Notes under the pieces: model-generated
Seen by the model: the letters and a program-made list of their open reading frames with translations, nothing else
Told to the model about the DNA's origin: nothing
The model's database searches: none
Part shown: piece after piece, positions 10,028 through 20,085 of the stretch
Layout: the number at the start of each line of letters is the position of its first letter
Position numbering within the stretch: the first letter of the stretch is position 1
NCBI GenBank assembly: GCA_012960135.1
Contig: DUBW01000040.1
Coordinates: forward strand, 185-64,184
From: Methyloprofundus sp.
GTDB taxonomy: Bacteria > Pseudomonadota > Gammaproteobacteria > Methylococcales > Methylomonadaceae
Length of the DNA stretch: 64,000 bases
Direction of reading: 5' to 3'
Translations under genes and position numbers: made by a program

Positions 10028-10498
10028 TTAGCTGATGTATCTGTTCCTGTGCGGGCATAACCTTGCAGGGTCTAGCAGGACCGAGGTAAACTGCATTTGC
10101 TCCCAATGATTATTGATATACCTAATCTTGTCACTATGCAAATCCTTATTCAATTCGTTGATCTTGGTAAATAATGCTTCTATATCATTATTCGTTTTAG
10201 AGAGATATTTCGCCAATGTTTCAATGCTATTCCTGCCCTGTTTTATGTCCTCAATGGCATAAATAAAATCGTTTATTTCCACGTGTATTTCACTTAAAAC
10301 ACAGTTAAACTTGACTCGCTGTTCAGGCGTAATTCGTAGTTCGCTATTACCCACCGGTTGTGTATCATATCCCTGATTGCGCCATAAATTTTTAATATAT
10401 GGCAATTTAAGCATGCCTATTATAAGCAGGATAAATACGGTGGGAAGTAAGCCCCAATAGGCACAAATTAAATCTTTAATGCTAAGCACTTCGCTCAT
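10028..10498 (-). CDS. hypothetical protein with N-terminal TM, possibly the 5' part of the broken gene downstream
   Basis: ORF track; RBS-like GGAG upstream. Confidence 0.6.
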   Translation of the reverse strand: MSEVLSIKDLICAYWGLLPTVFILLIIGMLKLPYIKNLWRNQGYDTQPVGNSELRITPEQRVKFNCVLSEIHVEINDFIYAIEDIKQGRNSIETLAKYLSKTNNDIEALFTKINELNKDLHSDKIRYINNHWEQMQFTSVLLDPARLCPHRNRYIS

Positions 10499-10932
10499 AG
10501 CCTTACTCCATTTTATTTAATACTGGTACTATTTATATTAGCATATCTCACCGAAACAAAATCGCACCATAGGAGCAAACTTTTAGACAGAAATTGTAGA
10601 TACTTCACCAGGTTAAATGTTAGATAATCATTGATGATTCTCAGTAAGTATTTCGGTTTATTTATGGCTCAACAGATTAGATAAAGTAAAAAAATGCTAA
10701 GTATAGATACGAGAGCCTTAGCATCAAAATTGGTAAAGAAAATGATGGGAAGTATTAAAACAGGGGATCAGATTTCGTGAAACTTGAATCCTGCGATGCT
10801 TTATACTGATATAGCCGCTATTTTGATGCCGGGCTAAGAGAAGGTTTAGATATTTAAAACCCGTGATACAAAAATTAGCACACCCTCACAATGAATTGAG
10901 GGTGTGCCCAATACTAATTATTTCTTTGTGTT

Positions 10933-11415
10933 TTAGCGTTTTCCGGTGCCTTCATCATGTGTATCCATAATACGGTTTATAAAGCTGGTTTGTTGAGCTG
11001 TTCTATCTGCTTGAGACAATTCTAGCATGCCCTGAAGGCCCGAATAACGTTTCTTTGCTTCTACCAAATGTTCTTTTGCCGAAACATAATCATCAACTTT
11101 TACAGCTTTGCGAGCTTTTTTCATCGATTTATTAGCACGCATACGATTACGGTCTACTTTATCATTTGCATTAATTTCTTTGGTTGCCTTTAATGTACTC
11201 CTAATTCCCTTTAAAATCAGTTCTTTATCTGCATTTTCATCGACTAGGTTCATGACTTCATCAACAGACAGTTCAGTGGCCATAATAGCCTGAAGTGGCG
11301 TCATTGAATTATACATACATGCCATACCCATGCAGATAGCATTAGCAGGTGTGGAAATGAGCCCTAAAGAGAATGCCAATGTAGCAGCTAGGGCAGCGCT
11401 TTTTAATAATTTCAT
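10933..11415 (-). CDS. secreted helical hypothetical protein
   Basis: Sec signal peptide ending ANA; mature N-terminus ICMGMACMY. Confidence 0.8.
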   Translation of the reverse strand: MKLLKSAALAATLAFSLGLISTPANAICMGMACMYNSMTPLQAIMATELSVDEVMNLVDENADKELILKGIRSTLKATKEINANDKVDRNRMRANKSMKKARKAVKVDDYVSAKEHLVEAKKRYSGLQGMLELSQADRTAQQTSFINRIMDTHDEGTGKR

Positions 11416-11701
11416 ATAATATTAACCTTTTTATAATTATAGTTATTTAATCTGCAACTTATTAAATATTAAGCAAATTCACGAAATCGAACTTTATCAT
11501 AAATTTACCCTATTAATAATAAAATTTTAATAATTTAAACGCTAGATACATTTTTACGCAAGAATAGGTCATTTAATAAACCCTGAATTCGTATAATAAG
11601 TGCATAGCCTCTACATGTAACATGCTAGCAATACAATGATAGTTTGAAACAAGACTTAAGTGTAATGTAAGCATTTGTCACTCCCTTTACGGAAGCTAAA
11701 C

Positions 11702-11923
11702 ATGAGCTATAAACACTTAAGTCTTAAAGAGAGACATCATATAGAACTTGGATGTAGAAAGAGTACTTCTCAAAATGAGATTTCCAAAACATTAGGGTGA
11801 AACCAAAGTAATATCTCACGTGAAGTAAATAGAAATAAACGATTAAGAGGATATCGTCATAACCAAGAGAATGGATATGCTCAAGAACAACATAAACACA
11901 AGCCTAAAAAGATCAGGTTGACG
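11702..11923 (+). mobile_element. IS30-family transposase 5' remnant
   Basis: MSYKHLSLKERHHIE...SQNEISKTLG*NQSNISREVNRN; IS30 HTH with an internal stop, truncated. Confidence 0.8.
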
Positions 11924-11924
11924 G

Positions 11925-12154
11925 TTAACCTGAGTCATGGAGCGAGGCGCACAATACCCATCCTGCTAGTGATGCAGTACCATCACCCAGTAAGTGTGAA
12001 TCAAATCCAAAAGGTACAGAGGGTTCAAAGCTTACACCATAGGAATCATAAAAATTCGTGCCCTCAAGCTTTGTTCCTGAAGCAGATGGTCCTTCGTTAA
12101 ATGTTATTGTCGCAGCACTAACCACTCCAACAAATAAGTTAATATTTTTTTCAT
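11925..12154 (-). pseudogene. truncated, frameshifted secreted-protein N-terminus
   Basis: AAGGAG RBS + ATGAAAAAAATA (MKKIL...) with a frameshift to VSAATITFNE...; ends at the IS30 remnant. Confidence 0.4.
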
Positions 12155-12237
12155 TATTATCTCCTTGTTAAAATTTGGAACCGCCAGATAAGGCTTGTTT
12201 TTTTATAACTCAAGAATAATTATACGTTAAAAAAATT

Positions 12238-14382
12238 TTACTCAATCTCCATCGCCGCTCTAACGCATCGAAGAATTCCATAATTATAGGCTTCATCTAA
12301 AGCCTCAAACACAGGTTTTAAGGTTGTGTTTTTCTCTGCTGGCAGACTGAGCATTTCATCTTGTATTGTATTTATTTCCTTTTCGCTTAGCTCTACCACA
12401 TCAACTAATTCTATAGCACCTGAAGCAATGCCCTCGGCAAGATGCCCATAGATAGTCGTGTCTTTTAGGTTACGCTGCGCAGCTATTTTGTCGACAGAAA
12501 AACCTACTTTAAATAAAGCAACTGTCTCATCAACAGTTTCAGATAGTTCTGAGTTTTGTTCTTGTATTTCATGAATCCCACGGATAACAGCTAAAAACTT
12601 ATCAGCATATAAATCAAGTTTCTTCTCTCCTACACCTGAAATCAGAGCAAACTGTTGATGGTTTTCTGGCACTGCTTGTACCATTTCTGTCAGGCTGACA
12701 TCGCTAAAAATAACATACGGCGGAACATTCTGTTCCTTTGCTAATTCACGGCGCTTGGCACGTAACGCATCCCAAAGGACATTATCTCGGTGCCGGGCAA
12801 AATCTCCTCGGGTTACTTTTGCTTTCTTAGTCTTCGCTTTAGCTAGATCTTTACGTAGCCTGATTTGTGTTTCACCGCGCAATAAGGGCCGGCAACAACT
12901 ATTGAGTTTTAATGCACCGTATCCTTCATAATCGACATCCACTAGCCCTTTTACGATTAATTGCCTGAATACTGATCGCCACTGGCCCTCATCCAGCTCT
13001 TTGCCGATACCAAAGGTGCTTTGTTTATCATGAGCAAAACTCTTAATACGTTCGGTATCCTTACCCAATAAGACATCCAGTAGATAATTCACCCCGAAAC
13101 GCTGATCGGTACGGTATATACAGGATAAGGCCTGCTGTGCTGCAACGGTTCCATCCCAAGTTTCAACAGGCTCCAGACAGGTATCGCAATTACCACAAGG
13201 CTGGGTTTCTGATTCACCGAAGTAGTTTAAAAGTACCTCACGCCGACAAGATACCTGTTCGCATAAACCCAGCATCGCATCCAGCTTGTGTAGTTCGACA
13301 CGCTTATGTATTTCATCCGCATCCGATCCTTGTAGCATCTGTCGTAGGGTAATAACATCCTGCAGACCGTAGGTCATCCAGGCGTTAGCGGGGTCGCCAT
13401 CACGCCCAGCACGGCCGGTTTCCTGATAATAACCTTCAATACTTTTAGGCAGATCAAGGTGTGCCACAAAGCGTACATTAGGCTTGTCTATCCCCATGCC
13501 AAAGGCAACAGTCGCTACGATAACCACACCTTCTGACATTAAAAAATCATGTTGATGCTTATTGCGTAGCTCATGCGATAAGCCTGCATGATAAGGGTAC
13601 GCATCAATGCCTTTTTTCTGTAACCACTCGGCTGTCGCTTCCACTTTCTTGCGCGACAAACAATAGACAATACCGGCATCACCACTATGCTCGGTTCTAA
13701 TAAAGTTTAATAATTGATCTCGCGCTTTGTCTTTTTGCACGATATGGTAACGAATATTCGGTCGATCAAAGCCGCTAATAAACAATTCAGCATGACTTAG
13801 TGACAATCGGCTAATAATCTCTTCACGGGTACGCTGATCTGCCGTAGCTGTCAGCGCGATGCGGGGAATATTAGGGAAGCGCTCTGCCAATAAGGATAAT
13901 TGTAGATAGTCACTACGAAAATCATGCCCCCATTGAGAGACGCAATGCGCTTCATCGATGGCAAACAGGGAAATATTTAAACGGCTAAATAATTGTAGAG
14001 TGCGCTCGGACGTTAGACGCTCCGGTGCAACATAAAGTAAATCAAGTTCACCACGTAATAGCTGTTGTTCTATGCTTTGAACCTGCTCATAACCCAGAGT
14101 GGAATTTAAAAAAGCGGCTTTAACACCTAACAGATGCAGAGCATTCACCTGATCAGCCATCAAAGCTATCAGCGGAGAAATCACAATACCGACGCCTGGA
14201 CGAACAATCGCAGGAATTTGATAACACAGAGATTTGCCACCCCCTGTAGGCATTAAGACCACTGCACTGTGCCCGGTAATAAGTTGCTCAACGATGGCAG
14301 CCTGATTACCTCGAAAACTCTGATAACCAAATACAGCCTGTAAAACCTCTCGTGCCTGGCTAACATTCTCAGATTGCGTCAC
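12238..14382 (-). CDS. recQ: DNA helicase RecQ
   Basis: [43 protein letters not shown]; start placed at GTG 14382 (AGGA RBS) because the ORF-track start lies inside a repeat. Confidence 0.96.
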   Translation of the reverse strand: MTQSENVSQAREVLQAVFGYQSFRGNQAAIVEQLITGHSAVVLMPTGGGKSLCYQIPAIVRPGVGIVISPLIALMADQVNALHLLGVKAAFLNSTLGYEQVQSIEQQLLRGELDLLYVAPERLTSERTLQLFSRLNISLFAIDEAHCVSQWGHDFRSDYLQLSLLAERFPNIPRIALTATADQRTREEIISRLSLSHAELFISGFDRPNIRYHIVQKDKARDQLLNFIRTEHSGDAGIVYCLSRKKVEATAEWLQKKGIDAYPYHAGLSHELRNKHQHDFLMSEGVVIVATVAFGMGIDKPNVRFVAHLDLPKSIEGYYQETGRAGRDGDPANAWMTYGLQDVITLRQMLQGSDADEIHKRVELHKLDAMLGLCEQVSCRREVLLNYFGESETQPCGNCDTCLEPVETWDGTVAAQQALSCIYRTDQRFGVNYLLDVLLGKDTERIKSFAHDKQSTFGIGKELDEGQWRSVFRQLIVKGLVDVDYEGYGALKLNSCCRPLLRGETQIRLRKDLAKAKTKKAKVTRGDFARHRDNVLWDALRAKRRELAKEQNVPPYVIFSDVSLTEMVQAVPENHQQFALISGVGEKKLDLYADKFLAVIRGIHEIQEQNSELSETVDETVALFKVGFSVDKIAAQRNLKDTTIYGHLAEGIASGAIELVDVVELSEKEINTIQDEMLSLPAEKNTTLKPVFEALDEAYNYGILRCVRAAMEIE

Positions 14383-14402
14383 ACTTTTTATCCTTTGCCT
14401 TG

Positions 14403-14567
14403 AACCTAGAAAAATCAGTTGCTCACGGCTTCTAGTACAAACTCTTGATTCCACAGCACTTCAAAAAAACTCTCGCTTAACCTAAGGGTGAAGCTAAGAA
14501 TTTTCTAAAACACAGTGAAACCAATATCTTGCACTATAAATTCGCGTTCAACTGATTTTTCTAGGTT
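14403..14567. repeat. 165-bp MITE-like element with perfect 19-bp terminal inverted repeats
   Basis: AACCTAGAAAAATCAGTTG (14403-14421) and CAACTGATTTTTCTAGGTT (14549-14567). Confidence 0.75.
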
Positions 14568-14638
14568 GAAACGTTATATAATAGCTACATTATAAATTAA
14601 GTGTTCACACCTATATCAGGATTTTTTATATTTAAAGC

Positions 14639-16210
14639 ATGAGTCTTACAAACCGTTTACAGCTATTAATACAACATAACCAGCAGTCGCTGTTAAAAAA
14701 TGGACTGAAAGGTATAGAAAAAGAAAGCCTGCGTCTATCAGATCAAGGCTATATTGCTCAGTCAGAACACCCCAAACAGCTTGGCGCAGCCCTCACCCAC
14801 CCGCATATTACTACCGATTACTCGGAAGCTTTATTAGAGTTTATTACCCCACCCTTTGCAGATATAAACCAGACTCTGGACTTTATGCATACGATTCATC
14901 AGTATGTGCATGACAATCTGGAGAATGAGCGTTTATTAGCAACCAGTATGCCCTGTGGCATTAACGGCGATGAGAGTATTCCCATTGCCAGATACGGTGA
15001 TTCCAATATCGGCAAAATGAAACATGTCTACCGTAAGGGCTTATCGCATCGCTATGGGCGCACCATGCAGGCAATTGCCGGTATTCATTTTAATTATTCC
15101 GTACCTGAGGAGCTCTGGCCAATCTTGCACCGACTAGAAGGCTCAGAGAGTTCTCTAGAAGATTTTAAGTCTTCCGCTTATTTTGATTTAATTCGTAATT
15201 TTCAGCGTCAGGGCTGGTTAATTCTATACTTGTTTGGCGCTTCACCAGCGATCTGTAAAAACTTCTTCAAAAGCCGTCCCGAACTGATGGCGCAATTTGA
15301 TGAGTTTGACTCGGGTACTCTTTACTGTCCTTATGCGACTTCACTACGCATGAGCGATATAGGTTATAAAAGTAATAATCAGGCCGACTTGAATATAGAC
15401 TACAACTCACTGAATGGCTATGTAGGCAGCCTATCCCATGCGATTAATACGCCCTACCCGGACTATGAATCTATCGGCGTAAAAGTGAATGGCGAGTACC
15501 AGCAGCTCAATAGCAATATTCTACAGATTGAGAATGAATTCTACAGTACCGTTCGTCCTAAACAGATCATTCAGCCTTGTGAAAAACCTACGCTGGCCCT
15601 TAAGCGCCGTGGCGTACGCTACGTAGAAATTCGCTCGCTAGATCTAGATTTATTTAATCCCATAGGCATAGACGCTGACCGTGCACGGTTTATCGAAGCA
15701 CTATTACTGAGCTGTTTAGTACAGAAAAGCCCAGAAATTCATGCAGAAGATTCGGCTACTCACAACGCCAACCAGCTAAAAGTTGCACATGCAGGACGAC
15801 AACCCGATGTAACACTGATCAAAGACCAGCAATCAGTCTGCTTAAAAGACTGGGCCCATGAGATACTTGATAAGGTACAACCCATTTGTGATATTTTGGA
15901 CGCAGATGAATCAGACAACTATTATAATCAAGCACTACAAGCACAGCGTAAACTCGTAGACAACCCAGACCTGACCCCTTCAGCAAGAATTCTGAGCGGA
16001 ATGCGCACCGCAAAACAGTCGTTCTCCCCCTTTGCTGATACACTCTCACAACAGCATACTGCAAACTTTACCCAGCACAAGCTGAATGCAGCAGATACTT
16101 TTAAATTTAAGCAGATGGCGAGCGATTCGCACACAAATCAACAAGATATTGAAGACAATGATACGTTGGAATTTGATGCATTCTTGAGTAAATATTTCAG
16201 CCAGCAATAA
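14639..16210 (+). CDS. gshA: glutamate--cysteine ligase
   Basis: GIEKESLR, HITTDYSEALLEFIT, MQAIAGIHFNYS, QIENEFYS, GVRYVEIRSLD. Confidence 0.97.
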   Translation: MSLTNRLQLLIQHNQQSLLKNGLKGIEKESLRLSDQGYIAQSEHPKQLGAALTHPHITTDYSEALLEFITPPFADINQTLDFMHTIHQYVHDNLENERLLATSMPCGINGDESIPIARYGDSNIGKMKHVYRKGLSHRYGRTMQAIAGIHFNYSVPEELWPILHRLEGSESSLEDFKSSAYFDLIRNFQRQGWLILYLFGASPAICKNFFKSRPELMAQFDEFDSGTLYCPYATSLRMSDIGYKSNNQADLNIDYNSLNGYVGSLSHAINTPYPDYESIGVKVNGEYQQLNSNILQIENEFYSTVRPKQIIQPCEKPTLALKRRGVRYVEIRSLDLDLFNPIGIDADRARFIEALLLSCLVQKSPEIHAEDSATHNANQLKVAHAGRQPDVTLIKDQQSVCLKDWAHEILDKVQPICDILDADESDNYYNQALQAQRKLVDNPDLTPSARILSGMRTAKQSFSPFADTLSQQHTANFTQHKLNAADTFKFKQMASDSHTNQQDIEDNDTLEFDAFLSKYFSQQ

Positions 16211-16296
16211 AATATTCGGGCACATGTCTGTAAGCTTAAGACCCGCAAAACAGTGATGCTTACAATTCACACAGTAAACAGCAAACATAGCAATAT

Positions 16297-17004
16297 ATGA
16301 GCAATATCGAATCCCTACAAACCGAATTAGCAGGTAAAAACCCGCGTAAAGTTCTCCGCCATGTACTAGATAATTACGCTAACGTCGCCATTTCCTTTAG
16401 TGGCGCTGAAGATGTTGTCCTCATTGATATGGCTTTAAAAATTCGCCAAGATATTCAAATATTTTCCCTCGATACCGGACGTTTACACCCAGAGACTTAT
16501 CAATTTATCGAGCAAGTTAGAAAGCATTACAATATTGAAATAGAGCTGCTAAGTCCTGACTATCAGCAACTAGAAGCCTTTGTTAAACAAAAAGGCCTGT
16601 TTAGTTTTTATGAAGATGGGCATAAACAATGCTGTGCTATCCGTAAAGTAGCACCGTTAAAACGCAAGCTGGCGACTGTTGATGCCTGGATTACCGGACA
16701 ACGCAAAGACCAGAGTGTGGATACCCGGCAAAATATCCCTGAAATACAAGTTGATCCAGCATTTGCAACGGACAGCCATCAACTGATTAAATTTAACCCC
16801 TTAGCTAACCAGAGTTCGGCTCAGATCTGGGACTATATAGAAGCCTATCAGGTGCCCTATAACAAATTACATCAGCAAGGTTATATTAGCATCGGTTGTG
16901 AACCCTGCACTCAACCAGTCTTACCTAACCAACACGAACGCGCGGGGCGCTGGTGGTGGGAAGAAACTACAAAGAAAGAATGCGGCCTGCATATTGCCAA
17001 ATAA
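16297..17004 (+). CDS. cysH: (phospho)adenylyl-sulfate reductase, Fe-S (APS reductase) type
   Basis: SFSGAED, LDTGRLH, CC pair (QCCAIRK), SIGCEPCT, C-terminal ECGLH. Confidence 0.93.
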   Translation: MSNIESLQTELAGKNPRKVLRHVLDNYANVAISFSGAEDVVLIDMALKIRQDIQIFSLDTGRLHPETYQFIEQVRKHYNIEIELLSPDYQQLEAFVKQKGLFSFYEDGHKQCCAIRKVAPLKRKLATVDAWITGQRKDQSVDTRQNIPEIQVDPAFATDSHQLIKFNPLANQSSAQIWDYIEAYQVPYNKLHQQGYISIGCEPCTQPVLPNQHERAGRWWWEETTKKECGLHIAK

Positions 17005-17155
17005 TAGAAATCCAATAGCTGTATTACCCTGTAGAATTTGAAGATACTAAAGGAAAATCCTATCATTTCCTTCACGCCCTTCATGTTAAAAAAACAAAAT
17101 TACCTAGCGACCTTCGACCCTCTCTCACGCACTTCACTATTTAAGAATTCGACAC

Positions 17156-18076
17156 ATGAAAATCCAATGGTTCCCGGGACATATGTACAAAGCGGGCAAG
17201 GAAATAAAAGAAACCTTGCCCGATATAGATTTACTGATTGAAATACTCGATGCACGTTTACCCTTTAGCAGTGCCAATCCATTATTATCAGAATTACGCG
17301 GCGATAAACCCTGTATAAAAATTCTCAATAAATCAGACCTGGCCGACCCAGTACGAACTCAACAATGGCAGGAGTTTCTAGAACAGGAAGACGGTGTGAA
17401 AACTCTTGCTCTAACAGCTGTGCATACTGATAAAGTTGATACAGTAATTGATTTATGTCGTAAATTAATCCCGCATAAAGCGACAGCTAGCAAAGTCATC
17501 CATGTGCTGATTATGGGTATTCCCAATGTTGGTAAGTCCACCCTAATTAATGCCCTGGCAGGACGCACAATTGCTAAGACAGGTAACGAACCTGCTGTGA
17601 CCAAACACCAACAGCGTATCGATTTGCGCAATGGCATTATTCTTTGCGACACCCCAGGTATGTTATGGCCAAATCTGGAAAACCATAATACCGGTTACCG
17701 TCTCGCAACGACTGGAGCAATCAAAGATACCGCTTTAAAACACGACGATGTCGCTTCGTTTGCCGGAGAGTTCTTTTTGCAGCATTACCCCGATGCCATA
17801 AAACAACGCTACCAACTGGAAACACTGCCAGCTACTGACTATGAACTACTACAACTCATCGGTAAAAAACGTGGTTGCTTACGTTCCGGTGGGCACATTG
17901 ATATGGATAAAGTTGCCAAAATTCTACTCTCTGAAATTCGGGATGGCACCTTAGGAAGAATCACCTTGGAAACACCAGATATGATGCAAACAGAACTAGC
18001 TGAATTGGCTATTATCCGTGCACAGAAAGCAGAAAAAAAAGGAAAACGCAAAAAGAACTGGAAAAGTGAACGATAG
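17156..18076 (+). CDS. ylqF: ribosome biogenesis GTPase YlqF/RbgA
   Basis: IQWFPGHM, circularly permuted NKSD / GIPNVGKST / DTPG. Confidence 0.95.
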   Translation: MKIQWFPGHMYKAGKEIKETLPDIDLLIEILDARLPFSSANPLLSELRGDKPCIKILNKSDLADPVRTQQWQEFLEQEDGVKTLALTAVHTDKVDTVIDLCRKLIPHKATASKVIHVLIMGIPNVGKSTLINALAGRTIAKTGNEPAVTKHQQRIDLRNGIILCDTPGMLWPNLENHNTGYRLATTGAIKDTALKHDDVASFAGEFFLQHYPDAIKQRYQLETLPATDYELLQLIGKKRGCLRSGGHIDMDKVAKILLSEIRDGTLGRITLETPDMMQTELAELAIIRAQKAEKKGKRKKNWKSER

Positions 18077-18277
18077 AAATTACTTTTCCCTTATTAGGTC
18101 ACAGCATAAGAAAGGCCCAACATCTTTAAAAGGCGTAAGTTTGTTTATCCAAGAAAAAACAAAGCTCTTTGTAAGTGTTGGTTTTTGGAACTTGAGAGTT
18201 ATTCTAAAATATTGAGTATAGTTGTATTCATAGCGATTCTACGTGCGGGGCGAGCCATCATCATAATCAAGCCATGC

Positions 18278-18576
18278 GAGGGGCCCCTCCTTTTTCGAAA
18301 GTTCATTTTGGGCACCCTAGCCCACAACGCGGCAAAAGCTGAACGGGACTGATTAAAATCTATGATGCCCTGATTCGCCCTGCGGCCACTAAATAAAAAT
18401 CCTAGAGGGGTTTTTATTTAGTGGCCGCAAATGGCTTGACGTGATGTCGGAATGCCTTGTATTTTCTCTACGCAAAAAGACGCTTCGAGAAAACACCCGG
18501 CCCTATCGCTATCAGGGACTAAAAATCTTCACTTCGCTTAAGCTCCGTTTCCAGGATTTTCAGCGGTAGAATTATT
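18278..18576. repeat. diverged copy (A) of a ~300-nt structured non-coding element
   Basis: Shares ordered blocks with 44687-44999 and 49206-49509; contains an 18-bp perfect hairpin at 18382-18428. Confidence 0.75.
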
Positions 18577-18749
18577 CTTGGGAAATGCGAGGAAATTTTG
18601 TATTGGACACTATATATTCCAAGACAATTTTTTGTAATATATGAGGAGTTTTTAGTTATCAAAGTAACGTACTAAGGTAACGTACCTTTTAACTTAAAAT
18701 AAAAAAGGTTTTTTAACCTGCTAATTTGCAAGATAAAAAACCCATAATC

Positions 18750-18834
18750 TGGTGCCGATGGCCGGAGTTGAACCGGCACGACTTGCGTCACCACCCCCTC
18801 AAGGTGGCGTGTCTACCAATTTCACCACATCGGC
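18750..18834 (-). tRNA. tRNA-Leu(GAG)
   Basis: Reverse complement GCCGATGTGGTGAAATTGGTAGACACG-CCACC-TTGAGGG-GGTGG...GGTTCAACTCCGGCCATCGGCACCA; canonical position after secG. Confidence 0.97.
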
Positions 18835-18851
18835 TTTATTTCGGGAGAACT

Positions 18852-19277
18852 TTACGGTGTAACAACACCTTCTTCTACTTCAATCGTTGGTACGCCTTCT
18901 TCAACACCCGACGCTTCTCCTACAATTTCAGGTACGTCTACTTCGGTTAGCGGCTCATCAACAATAACTTGCTCGCCATCAACCATTGGCAGTTCAGTTT
19001 CAAGCACCTCTACAACAGCTACATCCATAATATCTACATCATTCCCACTTTTGCCACTAAGAACTGCCAGCGATAAACTAGTGGTAAAAAAAACAGCCGC
19101 AAGTACTGCAGTTGTTCTGGATAAAAATGAGGCTGAACCTTGAGCACCGAAGACTGTACCAGATGATCCACTACCAAAAGCAGCACCTGCATCAGCACCT
19201 TTTCCGTGCTGCATTAATACTAAGCCTATGACGGCTAACCCAACTAAAACATGACCTATGATAATAACTTGATACAT
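18852..19277 (-). CDS. secG: preprotein translocase subunit SecG
   Basis: VLMQHGKGADAGAAFGSG..FLSRTTAVLA; acidic tail. Confidence 0.96.
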   Translation of the reverse strand: MYQVIIIGHVLVGLAVIGLVLMQHGKGADAGAAFGSGSSGTVFGAQGSASFLSRTTAVLAAVFFTTSLSLAVLSGKSGNDVDIMDVAVVEVLETELPMVDGEQVIVDEPLTEVDVPEIVGEASGVEEGVPTIEVEEGVVTP

Positions 19278-19278
19278 T

Positions 19279-20031
19279 TTATTTTTGAAATGAAGAGTAA
19301 ATCTTTAAAAAAGAGTCCGCACTTAACGAATCTCCGCCAACTAGCGCACCATCAATATCTGGCATTGCAAATAAAGCAACTGCATTTTGTGGTTTAACAC
19401 TACCACCATATAAAATCTGAATATTTTCGGCAATTTGCTGATTTTTTTCTGCTAATAATTGACGAATAAATAGATGTACTTCTTGTGCCTGTTCAGCTGA
19501 TGCTGTCAAGCCTGTGCCTATGGCCCATACGGGTTCATATGCAATAACGGCTTTTTTAAAATTTTCGATTCCAGAAAAATCAATCACCGCATTAAGTTGT
19601 TTTTCAACGACGTCAAATGTTGTACCGTCTTCTCTTTCTTCGAGTAACTCACCGATAGCAAGAACAGGAATGATATCTGCATCAATAGCTTGCTGAAATC
19701 GCTGTGCAACAGTTTGACTAGTATCGGCATAGTTTGCTCTACGCTCTGAATGCCCAACGATTGCATATTTACAGTTAAAATCTTTCAGCATGACTGCCGC
19801 AATTTCACCTGTATATGCACCTTCTACATGGGTGGCAACATTCTGCGCACCCAGACCAATGGTAGTATTAGCCAGACGCTGACTGACTTCAGGAATATAC
19901 AAATACGGAGGACATACTGCAATATCGGCATCTTCAGAAGGCAAGCCATCAATAAGACCATCAACAAGCTTTTGCGCGCTTTGCTGATTAATTTTCATCT
20001 TCCAGTTGCCAACAACAAGATTTCTTCGCAT
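19279..20031 (-). CDS. tpiA: triosephosphate isomerase
   Basis: GNWK, GHSERR, AYEPVWAIGTG, LYGGSVK. Confidence 0.96.
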   Translation of the reverse strand: MRRNLVVGNWKMKINQQSAQKLVDGLIDGLPSEDADIAVCPPYLYIPEVSQRLANTTIGLGAQNVATHVEGAYTGEIAAVMLKDFNCKYAIVGHSERRANYADTSQTVAQRFQQAIDADIIPVLAIGELLEEREDGTTFDVVEKQLNAVIDFSGIENFKKAVIAYEPVWAIGTGLTASAEQAQEVHLFIRQLLAEKNQQIAENIQILYGGSVKPQNAVALFAMPDIDGALVGGDSLSADSFLKIYSSFQK

Positions 20032-20085
20032 CTCAAACTCCAGAATTAAATAAACCGCTTATCATAGCTATTATCAGCATGTATT

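Noticed and set aside
14383-14454. ORF-track N-terminal extension of RecQ
   Set aside because: It begins inside the MITE; GTG at 14382 has an RBS.
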